Positions 52,488 through 64,000 of a stretch of 64,000 nt of DNA are shown here, one piece after another; the first letter of the stretch is position 1, and every line of letters begins with the position of its first letter. Origin of the DNA: Lama glama (lineage: Eukaryota); contig CM052817.1 in NCBI GenBank assembly GCA_028534125.1, positions 61,816,001 through 61,880,000 of the forward strand, written 5' to 3'. The notes below the pieces were generated by a model. That model was not told the DNA's origin, did not search any database, and saw only the letters and a program-made list of their open reading frames with translations. A program made the position numbers and the translations under genes.

Positions 52488-53083
52488 ATGATTCTCAAGT
52501 GTAATAATAAGATGTATTAGTAACATTTGCACTGATGGTACAAAGGAAGTAGTGGTTAGAACTGCTGATAGAACCTTAGCACAAATTAAGACAGAACACC
52601 AAACTGCACTCCAGTCTTCACTGCCAGGTATCACAATAAACACAGTAAACACAATCGACCAAACAGGCCAACTGGCCAAACACCCTACGAGCTAACCAGA
52701 CACCAACATCCAACAAGAAGCTACCTTCACTTAGTAATATACTGGATGAAGCAGTAAAAATTATTAAGTTTATTGAATCCCAACCTCTGAGTAGATATCC
52801 TTTTAATATTCTGTGTGACGAAGTGTGTAGTAGGTAGAATGAAATTCTTCACCATACTGAAGATTTAATGGTTACCTTGACACCTTTTTTCATGAAACGC
52901 AATTTTGCTAGAGAGAATGACTGACAGACAAACTATGGTTATTCAGGCATGGGTATTTGCAGACATATTCTCAAAAATGAACAAAGTGAACCTCCCACTT
53001 CAAGGAAAACAGCTGATGGTGTGTGTGTGTATATATATTTCATATTAATTATATAAAAATATATTATATATTAATTAATATAT

Positions 53084-53123
<40 letters not shown>

Positions 53124-53800
53124 TTTTTACTAATGATAAAACTCAAACTTTCAAACAAAAATTAGGATTTTGGAAACCTTGTATCCACAGGGCTGACCAG
53201 CATAACTGAGTGAACCAAGAATTTTTCTCCACATAATCAGTGCCATTGTTTCATATTCATGCATGTGTGAAAAATCCATTCAAAGTACACGACAGACAGT
53301 AGATTTTAATTTATCAGAATATGAAAATTTCATTGTAGGGTTTCAGATTCCACATTGCATCTAACTTTGAAGAGACACCTACCTGTCCAGTGTGTGTATA
53401 GTATTAAAGAATAACCACTATTATGAAAAAAGTCCATTAAAAGATAGCTCCTTTTCCAACTTTATGTCTGTGGCTGCATTCTCTTCATATATGTCAAACC
53501 CAACATATTGCAATAGATTTAATTCAGAAGCAGATAGACAATTTATTAAGTTAGACATTAAAGAGATTTGCCAAAATATAAAACAGTACTACCTTTTTCA
53601 CTATTATTTTTTGAAAATACGTTAAAATGGGTCGGTTCATTATCATTTTACATGAATTATACCATATTTTAAAACTTCAGTTTTAATTTCTAATATGGTA
53701 AATATTGATAGCTACAATCCACATAAACACCAAATTTGGTGTCCTTAATAATTTTTAGTAATGAAAAAGGATCTGGAGAACAAAAGGTCTGAGAATTGCT
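52488..53800 (+). mobile_element. Charlie1a-like hAT DNA transposon with decayed transposase
   Basis: Translatable remnants NICTDGTK, LSNILDEAVKIIKFIESQPLSRYPFNILCDE and ADIFSKMNKVNLPLQG are typical of Buster/Charlie transposases. 3' TIR region ...AACAAAAGGTCTGAGAATTGC. Stops, deletions and microsatellite insertions are present. Confidence 0.9.
53019..53122. repeat. Compound (TG)n-(TA)-rich-(CA)n-(TA)n microsatellite
   Basis: Read directly from the sequence. Lies inside Charlie1a. Confidence 0.9.
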
Positions 53801-53984
53801 CTCTAGAGGAGTCGTTGCTTTAAAAGTCAGAGAGTAGAGCTTCCTCCCACCTTTGCCTTCTGCTCACTTGATGGTTCTCAGGAAAATAACCTCTCCCAGC
53901 CCTAGTCCCCTCATGTATAAATGAGTATTTTGAGGGTTACATTATATGAGATTTATAAACAAATAATTGGGGATAGACAAATAA

Positions 53985-54115
53985 CATCTTATTTAATCCT
54001 CTTAAAGACTCCTTGAAGTGTAAGTACTCTTGCTATGAAGTGTTTGAGATTTAAAAAGAATTAAGACCTGGCCTGAGGTCACACAACTAATAAATGGCAG
54101 AACTGGGATTCTTAT
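53985..54115 (-). mobile_element. MIR SINE fragment
   Basis: CTTATTTAATCCTC...CCTGAGGTCACACAACTAATAAATGGCAGAACTGGGATT. Confidence 0.75.
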
Positions 54116-56873
54116 GTTTTATTAATATGATATTTACTACCCTCTTTGTAGGCTATAGATAATGGAAAAAGGAGGCATATCAGCAAAGTGGAAGTTAACA
54201 TAGAACCGTAATGTGTTTGAAGTAGGAAGGAGGTTAGAGAACACATCTTCCTATCATCTCGTTTTACTGATAACTCAGGGAGCACAGGTACACCGCTGTG
54301 ACCCTTACATCGCTTTGAACCTGGCAGCATTCTAAACATACTTGTTCTCGTCCTTTCCTAGCCTCCAGTTCTTTCCTTGGCCAGACTGAAAGACCTTCAG
54401 CATCTTTGGCAAGAACTGTACTTACCCGTCCCACATAGATGCCAATGAAAACAAAAACACACAAAAGCAAACAAGAAGACAGGGAGGTTGTGGTAAAAAG
54501 CCATAACCAGCTTTGACTACTGCTTGACCCTTTCTCTGAGTTTTTCATGATTTTGATTTTTCTTCAAACTGTAGGAACTCAGTGCTTGTTGGAAATTTAG
54601 CTGAATTTAAGTACTTAAAGAAAGGAGTATTGGGGAGACTTAATACTGTAATACAGAGACAAAGGGAACTGGTCATTGGGAATAGGAAAGTGCACATGAC
54701 TGTCAGGGTCGGACAGCCCATCTTGCAGCAGGCTGGTAAGATTCCAGGATAAGTCTTTCGGTCATTTCTAGAGAGGAGGGCGCAGTGCTAACTATGTGTG
54801 CTGATGCTTCCTCTCTGCACCCACGACCCCTTGATGCCTTATGGATGATGGAGTTAAGGTTTGGTACCACCACTCTGTTTATCCTTTTTGTGTTTCTTCC
54901 TAATTTGTTCCCATTTTTACTATTATTGAGTAGGATTAAAAACATGAACTTCATCAATGGAGTTAATATGCTATATCAGAGCAAAATTCAACCTTCATTT
55001 AAACATGGTTTGTGTAAATAATTAGCTCAAGGGAAATGAAAGTTACTTCCGGGCTGCTCTATGTGTTAGTTTAATTTTGGAGATCCTCAACTGCTGTTCA
55101 TTTTTGTCTGTCCTGTGATTTTTTTTCCTTTTCTCTAATACATATAGTCTACTTTTAGTCTGTTCAAACCCCTTTTCAGTAAACTTGTTAATGCAAACCC
55201 ACAAGCATACATAATGTAATAGGTATGTAATACTCCCTAAATATGTAAATATAGACATCAGCTTAAAATCTGCCTGAAATGAGGTGAGTGAAATCAGGGA
55301 TACCCATATGTACATCCATATCTAATATATAAAGATACATGTACTTAGTTATGAGTGATTTCCTGTGCTTGTAGCCAGGCAGACTTGGACGGGTTTTCAT
55401 TCCTCCCGTCCATGAGTGGGAGGTTAGATGTCCTTTCCCAGACTGTTCATTTGGTAAGGGTAGTTGGAAGTAGTTAGAGACATAACACGTTTTGGTCACC
55501 AGAGCAGCCACTGCTTCCTTCTGCACAGAAAGACCCACCATCCCTCTCTTTGTTACCCATCCAGGGAACATGGTCATGGGAAATGCAGTCACTGTGTGGC
55601 ACTGCTGTATTACCGTGTTGACTCAGGGTCATCTCCTCCACACTCAGTTTCTGATCTAAACCGGTGTGTTTGGCTGAGTCTTTTCCAGTGATCTAATTCA
55701 TTCATCAGTATTCCTTCCCCAAACACATCCTGAGAACCTGCATTTACTGCCTGCTCCTTACTTGGTAAGTCATCGCTATGCCGGTTTTCTAAACAAAACA
55801 TTCTGGACATTCTGGAGGTTTCTAAGTCGGTAGCGTAGCCAAGGCTAGAAATCACAATTCCTGCACCTGTTTGGAATCTAGTTATCCTGTTATACGTGTG
55901 ACTTGGCCTATTGTAAGAGCTGGTGCTTGATTACATGATTTGTGTATAAGTTACTACATTTTGCTATAAAGGCACAAGTATAAGCATCTCAGGTTTTCCT
56001 TTCAGGGTTCCTTTGTCCTTTCTTCCCAGTACACTCATTTTCTTTTTGTCCAAAACCCTTCTTCAGCTGGGCTCATCTAGCCTGGGAAAATGGCTCTTTG
56101 TTCATAACTCAGGAAGGAACATATGAAGGCAAACCATCCCATGTGAGAGACTGTGATCTCGGCCGTGCATCTGGGGGTGTGAGGAGAGATGGGATCCAGC
56201 AGGCAAACGGCGGGGTAGATCCCCCAGGAGGATGAGCAGAGATGAAAGCTCACAGTTAGGAGGTGTGTGATGAGTGGAGGAGGGTAAACAGGGTCATTTC
56301 ACACCTGGTGTTTCCTGTATTCTCAGTGGGGATGGGAGGGAAGAAAGGCGACATCTGGATCTTCAAGTATATTATTTTTTGAGAAGCCACTGGGGACTGG
56401 GAGATAAGAAATGAGGAAGGAGGCAGAAAAGTTCTCAGATCCAAAAAAGGCCTATCCTGCACATGTATTTGAGTAGAGGGCCCCCGCCCTTGTTTTCCTC
56501 GTGCATTGTATAACACTAGTAGTGGGTTGCTGCTACTGAGAAGGGAAGTAAAGCTGAGAAGCTTGACTTGTGCAGATAGCAAATTTATAGGAAGATTTAT
56601 CAACCACAACCAACACTGCTGCAGAAGGGTGGAGTGCCGTGCATCCTTTTCTGAGCGTTCGCTCTTGTTCTGGGCATGAGCACCCAGGCTCTGGATGATG
56701 GACTGAGAAGAAGAAACAAGAAAATGTGCTTTAACAGTTTCAGTTTTCTTATTCGCTGGGGGGACTTGTTCAGTTTTTGAGGTTTGGAAAATACTCGGAA
56801 CATTTGGGGAAAAGAGACAAATTTTGTGCTAATTGTTACTTGTGGCTCCTCCCTGTGGACCTACTTGTGGGGA

Positions 56874-56894
56874 GTGTGTGTGTGTGTGTGTGTG
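56874..56894. repeat. (GT)n microsatellite
   Basis: Perfect GT run of about 10 units. Confidence 0.9.
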
Positions 56895-58083
56895 AAAAGG
56901 AAGGGCTATATAAATACTACATCTTTTGAATGAATGTTCATATGGTGGATAATTATTTTCTTAAGTCTAAATTGATATGATTATTTTAGATCATTAAGAA
57001 ACATAACCAGGAATCTGTGACTATTAGGTCATTTTACTGGTAGGAAGAATTTTTCTGTCTTTGATTGGGAATCCAGTCATTTAATGGTAAGAATTTCCTG
57101 CTAGTCACTATTTTTAAAAAATTAAGAACATGTCACATTTAAGTTGCTGTTTGTGTTTAACACAGGTTTTGAATGACTAAGTACAGTTTTTTTAGCATAA
57201 ACCCTGGTAATTTCAGAATTGAAATACTACTGTCATCTTTCTGTCCCAGGCTTGGTTTCCCCAAGAGCAAGTGGCCATTAATATGAACCAGTTTCCCTTA
57301 AGCATTTCTTACTAATATCCTAACATTGGATTTTGTTGTGGTTACCATAGTTTTCATGATGTGACAAAAACGTAGGTTTGTTGATATCAAATATTTTACT
57401 CTTGTTCAACCTGTTGTTTTGTCAGTGAAGTAGAACAGAAGAGGTGATACTGAAGAAAACATTAAAGGTTTTCTAAGAGGTGGCAATGGATGTGGTGTTA
57501 CTAGCAGAGATGCTTTTGAACAATACTGCTAAGGAATAGGTCTAATGAGATTTGGGATGTTTTTAAAAATTAGTCAGCATTAGTGTAATGTTCCTTCAGG
57601 GAGCGTTTGTAATGCCCACAAGAATGTGTCGGTAGATGGGTCGGGTTCCAAGCCAACCTTCAGGCGCTTTTAGTAGTTGACGTGACGCACACCTGTGTGT
57701 TCTCTTTTCTGACCTCAAAATTGTTTTGAAAAGCTCCTGACATCTGGAAGTGTGAAAAAGAGCAGATTTAGATTTGTTTTCTGACAAGTAGGAATAATAA
57801 GTTCTAAACGCAGTGTGTTTTACCTGCATGTGGTACTTGCAGGAAGGGCCTTGTTTATCTCATATCCCTCTAATCAGCTGTGGGGTGATTCCAGGGTTGC
57901 AAGGTAGATTAGTATTTTTCTTGAAGCATTTTAACATGTGAGAGATTGGAATATGTGTGTGTGTGTATATATATTTATATAATAAACGTAAATACATGAA
58001 AAAGAGCACTCAGGTTGTGTCTCTTTTTCTTGGGAATAGTCATTTAGAAATTTTCTCTTAAAATAGTTGAATTCTTTGTGAAT

Positions 58084-58215
58084 GGGGGGTAGGTATAGCT
58101 CAGTGGTAGAGCACATGCTTAGCATGCATGAGGTCGTGGGTTCAATCCCCAGTACCTCCGTCACAAATAAATAAATGCCTGATTGCCTCCCCACCAAAAT
58201 AAATTAATTTTAAAA
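58084..58215 (+). mobile_element. tRNA-Ala(AGC)-derived SINE (camelid vic-1-like)
   Basis: A box TAGCTCAGTGG, anticodon arm CATGC-TTAGCAT-GCATG, B box GGTTCAATCCC, then a unique segment and an A-rich tail. TSD AATTCTTTGTGAAT (58070-58083) / AATTGTTTGTGAAT (58216-58229). Confidence 0.88.
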
Positions 58216-61200
58216 AATTGTTTGTGAATAGGAATCGTGCTGGTAAAGAAAATTGATCCAGTTCAACTTTACCTTTTAGATAGTGGCAAGCAAAGCTTTC
58301 CTTGACAACATACGTTTGCTCAGCACCAGTGTTATCATAAATGCTGTCACTTAAGAGAAAATATATATCAAGTGCCAGTGAATCTACTTTGAACTCAGAC
58401 TACCCTGCAATAACTTTGGTAACTGAACCAACTGGCCTTTCAAAGTATATGTTATAATATGTTTTACATATTATATTATAAAATAAAATGTTTAATGATT
58501 TTACATTTTAGCATCCCTGGGACCCTAGATGGATTTTCATTAAATTCAGAGTTTTTCTTTTCAAAATTAAGCTTCACTTGGTTTGGCATCACCAGCTTAT
58601 TCTTTGCAATCTGTTTAATTGAGTAGCTTCTGCTGTTTATCCTAAAATGCAGATAAATGGCTTTCAGCACACTGTTTATAGTTTAGTAGTTCCTGAAGTG
58701 AGTCAGCATTATCTGCTAGCGTCTACATGTCATAACTAATGATCCCTCTGCTTATACTTTCTTGCTAGAGAGGAGACACTGAACTCTACAAAGGCAAGAG
58801 CCCCCACACTTGGGGGTGGGGGTACTGTTTGAGATGGTGCCTATTGGACAAGGTTACCCGCCCCCCCCCCCCCCGGTATGAAATGGGAAGAGAAAACATT
58901 TCCTGTACCATGATTTCAGCATGCACAAAAGCTGCTCTGACGTGCTGTATTCTAAGGGCTGGGGTGAAAACCTTTTAGGAAGTAACTATTTAAAGGATTT
59001 GTTTTATTCCAGATTGCTTGTCTAATTAATAATTAGCACAAGTTTAATACTTTTCTGGTCAGGCTGTTTGACTTGGTGATGGAGAATGGGAGCCACCAGG
59101 AAAATTTCATATTAGTACCAAATAGCTACTGTGGTTTTAATGATGAAAGCAGATATTTTTGTCTGCCAAGAAAGATGGAAAGAAAATAGATAACTTTAAC
59201 TGTTAACTAATCCTCTGTCAGAAATGGGGCCTGTTCACTCTGGAAGATCCTCATGCTCTTTCCTTAAGGACGAAACATAACAAAACAGAAAACCTCCGTG
59301 AGACTTCACTCCTGGTGAGGAGCAGCAGGCCTGATGACCGTGATGGTTAAACCTGCCAAGTTTGGCCAACCCCTGATTCATTAAATAATGAGGATTCTTG
59401 CCTCCTATACTGAATTATTCTTTGGGTTTTTAGGTAGAGAATAGAACATTTTGTAGTTGAACATAGAGAATGGTTTCTTAATAGCTGAAGTACCAGCTCT
59501 TAGATTTTGGTAAGATACTTTGTTTGATCTCACTTTGTTTTTGTCCAAGTGGAAAACTCTAAAGCCACTGAAGTGGCTATTTGAGATGGACACCGTCCTT
59601 TGCTCCCGTATTAATATTTTCGTTGTTTGGAAGCATTTTGGTCATTTAAATAGAACTTGAGTAAGTACGTCTTACCTTGTTACTCTGATACTGAAATTTA
59701 AAATCATGTACCCAACTTAGTAAAATATTTGAAAGAGAAAGAACCTAACACACAGAGATACATCTGCCTTATATAGGAAGGGTTGAAAATCAAGAGCCAT
59801 TTGAAGAAAGGGTGTATGAGAGGTAGTTATTTTTCATGTAGCATCTTAGATTCAGGGTTTTTGTTCTATTTTTGGTTGTTTTATGTGAGATAATCATACT
59901 GGTAATTATTTTGAAAAGGAGGAAGGAAACATTTTGACCTTAGAATATAATGTGTGTGCAGGTAATTATTGGCATAAATGAGGAGATAGGAATTGGATAA
60001 AGAAATATGAAGAAGGAACATTTAAAAATAAGATCAGTAAGACTTAAAAGTGTAGGCCACTGAGACTACTAGGCTTTATACAATTTAAAAAATTTAAAAA
60101 TAAAATTATTTTGAAGAATGTTTTGAAAACTGAAGCCATTTGTTTGTTGAAAGAGCAACAGCTTGAGCAGCATCAGGCCAGGATGTCCCAGGGTGTGCCG
60201 TGCCCAGATTTAAGATAACACAATCGTTATAATAACATGGTCTCAATTCAGATCTTTCCTCAGTGTTTCTGCCCGAAAGTCAACAAGACTTTTCTGCTTT
60301 TGGCAATCTTATTCCAATAAATGGAAGCAAAGCAGATGGTGGTTCAGAATCTCAGCACTATTTTCACGGCCACTTATGTATAATTTCAGAAAAAAATTTT
60401 GTCTTAAAATACTGAGTCTGTATGTTGCTAGTCACATACGTATCCAGGATCCAATTCAACTATCTTATTTTACTTTGGATGCATAGAGCAGATTAAGGGA
60501 CATTAATATGACATTTTGTAGCATGATTCCTGAATCTTGATCCTCTACCAGTTCATATCAGAATGGTTCTTGGAACTTTAAATGCCCTTTTATCTTTCAC
60601 ACTAATGTCTACATGTAAAGGAAAGCTATGAAACTTGTCAGAGTCTGATGAGAGAGGATGTTTTTATGGAATAGGAATTTCTTTGGACCCTATTGCTCCT
60701 AATGTATATCATATGGACTTTTTCTAACATTTTTTTATATACTGGTAATTAGTAGCTAATCAATGATTACAAAAAAATAGCATAAAAAGTTAAACATTTC
60801 CTTTGATATATATCTTCAAATTATGTGTGCTTTTTGAAATTGATGTATTTTCTTCACCTCAGCTCTTTTTGTATATATAAATTATCTTTTTTTTAGCCAT
60901 CTGCTATTGGGAAAGAGTGTCTGTTTTTTGGGTAAGGTTTTAGATTATTTAAAATGGCATGGATACTGGCCTGGGGGACAGATGGTTTTGTGTTTATATA
61001 AAGTATAAAAGGAAAAAGAGTGAAAGTTTTGGTGTGAGTGAATGGTCAGCAGCCCTTTTATGACAAAAGAACAATAACACGAAAAGTAACGTTTATTCAC
61101 TCTCCCCAATTAGATTTTAAGGTTTGTGAGCAGAGAGGCCATTTCTTCTTCTCTGTGAAACCAGAGTGTTTTGAAGTCAGCTTTGTCTATGATAAATATT

Positions 61201-64000
61201 TCTTAAATCAATCTGGAGTTGCTAACAATTTTGTGCTGGTTAAAATAAATATTTTGTGCTAGTTTAAATCGTCCATGATGAATAGGATAGCTGTGTCTCA
61301 AGTATAAATTTTATAGCAAAAATTTTAATGAGTTGAGTCCAGTGACATGGTGAACTTAAAAGATAAAATTAATTGTAATAATTTTATTCTCAATTTTCCC
61401 AACATTATAAAAGGAATTTGATACCTAAAATAGGTAAAATTCTTCAAAGATTTTTAAATGTTTATGTAGCTATCAACTTGTGAAGTTGTGCTTATTTTAA
61501 AATAAGCTAAAGTATTGCATGTTGAAGTACCATTCTAAATGTCAAAAGGGTAATATCAAAAAATAGATTTCTAGATATTTAAATGTGTATTTTTCTGCTT
61601 TGCATCTAATCAGAGGCAGCTTTGAACCATCTAGAAATGTTACATAATATACTGTGGTCAGTGACTTTTTTCCCTTTTCTTTCTTTTCATTTATTTTTTT
61701 GATTCTAAGGTTTCCTTTTACCTTTCCACTGTCATATGCCCTGTATCCTGAGCACAGCTCGATGTCTGACCAGAAGAATCTCTCTTGCCAGTTTGTAATC
61801 AAAGGGAGCTCTGAGAAAAACAGCTGAGCTGTATTAGGCAACCACAGTCTGGACGGCATTTCTTAACTGCTGAGTAACCCATCACAGGTGCAGGATTAGT
61901 GCTGCCTACGGTGCTGGGCTTTCTAGTGGAAACCCCTAGCAGTTCTGTGCCGCCTCCTCATGTCTCATCCCAGGGAACCCGGCAACGATCTGTCGAGCAT
62001 ACAGAAATCAAAAGTGAGTAGTGGGAGAAGCTTTATGTCTTGCAGAGGCTGCGTGCCCTTCCAGAAACACAAGCAGGATTAGTTAAGCCGGTTCTGGCAC
62101 ACACCGAAAGGATGATGGAACTTTGTCTCGGCATGGAGGGTGGAATAGGACAGTTCAGGGGGTTCAAAAACTTTCTGCACAAAATTACATGGCAAGAGAA
62201 TGCAGTTTAGTTTAGCTGTCCCAGCAGTGTACAGTTTAGGTTACTTTAAAACTACTAAATGTTTTGCATGTAATATTTTAACTTCTGTGTTCTGTGTGTG
62301 TTGGAGTCAGGGGGATGTTGGCTCTTACACATTTTCCAACACTGTCATGGTTAAAATCAAGTGTTGTGACTGTGTTAAGTCCTTGTGGTATAATTTGATT
62401 GTTTGTAGTTTTTGGCATTTTGAGTTCTTCTGCTGTCTATGACATGGAAATCTCAACTCATAGGTTATAAAAGTCAAAGTTGCTTTCTTGCTGATACGAT
62501 ATTTTTTTAAATGTGAAAATATTGTAAAGTATAAATTAATGATTTAAATATTAGAGCAAATGAATATTTTGAAAGTACAGTTTCTGAATCTTTTTCTTTT
62601 CATCAGGAGGGTTATAAATTGTTTTAGCAAGGTAAAGTATACAGTCACAGAAACTAGGGCAAGAGTATATTTGAGTAATTCTTGTAATTTTTGGTATCTA
62701 TCTTGGAAAACTTTACTAGGAAGCATAACACATACACGTAAACAAAACCATGTAGAGAGCACTGCAGGTTTCAGACAGTTGTTTCTTCAGTCTCTTCAGT
62801 TTTTCTCCTAAAACTCTATAATGGCTTTCTGATATTCAGATTGTTTTAATTCATTTTATTGCTGGTTATCATTATTCCATTTTGTTTTACCAGAGATAGG
62901 CCTTTAAACTCATTGGTGATGACAGTAGATGAAAATACTGCATTTTTAAGTTTTTAAATATATCTATCTATATTCTGTATATTTTGTGCCTCAACTATTT
63001 GAACATTTGAAGTAGCAATATATTTGTATGTTTAAGGTCAGTATGCTCCTTAACTAAGATATCCTTTAACAATTATCTAATTAGAGGATGCAGAAAGGAT
63101 TAGAAACAGAGAGATCCTAAATGCTTTCCAAGTTTTTTCTTTGGGGAAGAAGAACAGCATGAACCTGGTGATGTGGTTTCTAATGTGTCTGGTTTCATGG
63201 TCTCTTCTCTTTATGTATATGTCTGTTCAAAGTAGTTTTGCACATCAAGCTGTCTTAGAAGTGCTTTGCAAAGCTGCAGACTAAGTTTTTGTGTGATGGC
63301 AAGTTGAACATCTCCTTTGATTAGCCTCAGAACTCTGTGAAGCAGAACACTGATAGAAACGTCACTGAATAAAACCATAGCTCCTGACTTGGCAGTCTGC
63401 CAAATCCTGGTTGCTTCTTCGACATTATTGTCAAAGAGGTTGTGGTTCGGTTTCTTTTCCAACAATGTGAATTTGAACAGACACGTTAAGTAGTTTAAAA
63501 TACAGGGAGATTTTAAATGTTTTAATCATCCTGTTAGCTGTGATTATACTATTTTATGGATGTAGATTCAGTTTGATGTTAAATTAGCTTTAAACATCAC
63601 AGTTACTTGCTTGTTAAGTTTATTGTTTCTTATACTGATACTTTTATTAAGATACTTAGAATCATGTTGTGTTTTAGAGTATTTTCAAAGACTTTTAAAT
63701 TTACGTGAACATTTTGCTTGAATTTCTCCAAATTCAAAGCCTGTTAGAACCTGAGGGAGAGGCTAGCTGCTCTTTTACCTTTAAGGAGTGTTAATGTGAC
63801 GTCTAAAGAACTGTAATTGCTGTCATAATTCAATTACACTGTTTACTCAGGCTCACAGCTCCGTATTAGTTATTGACAAAATATAAATCTATACGTTGTA
63901 TGTTCACATTTACGTAATATTTTTCCTTTTCATGATTTGCGGAAATCATAATCTAGCTTCCCATAAAATAAAACACTTGAATGATTGAAGCTTTCACTTT

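Noticed and set aside
52520..53200. Domesticated or active hAT transposase gene (ZBED5/Buster-like)
   Set aside because: The frame is broken by stops, deletions and microsatellite insertions. It is a fossil Charlie element.
58084..58160. Functional tRNA-Ala(AGC) gene
   Set aside because: Extra bases at the 5' end disturb the acceptor stem, and the tail plus TSD show it is a retrotransposed SINE.
63211..63465. 84-aa minus-strand ORF with a protein-like look
   Set aside because: No recognisable homology, ATG start or splice boundaries. More likely non-coding sequence.

Overview
This is mammalian genomic DNA: AT-rich, CpG-depleted, and carrying many old interspersed repeats (L2, MIR, L1M, hAT-Charlie/MER, ERVL/MaLR LTRs). 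Two 5'-truncated L1 3' ends of artiodactyl type and one tRNA-Ala(AGC)-derived SINE (vic-1-like) point to a cetartiodactyl, most likely a camelid. The species call is an inference from repeat content. I can support no complete protein-coding gene, RNA gene, CRISPR array or prokaryotic system. The listed ORFs are short and either look like chance ORFs or lie in repeats. The + strand looks T/G-skewed by eye (not counted), which suggests one or more large introns of a + strand gene that I cannot name. The best non-repeat signals are a candidate 24-nt frame-preserving microexon (3018-3041), a stop-interrupted exon-like block (1143-1687), a well-bounded antisense exon candidate (13897-14065), several enhancer-like repeat-free blocks, and some local duplications and nested insertions. 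I found no convincing new biological system. Repeat families were recognised from memory of consensus sequences, and their boundaries are approximate unless TSDs are given.
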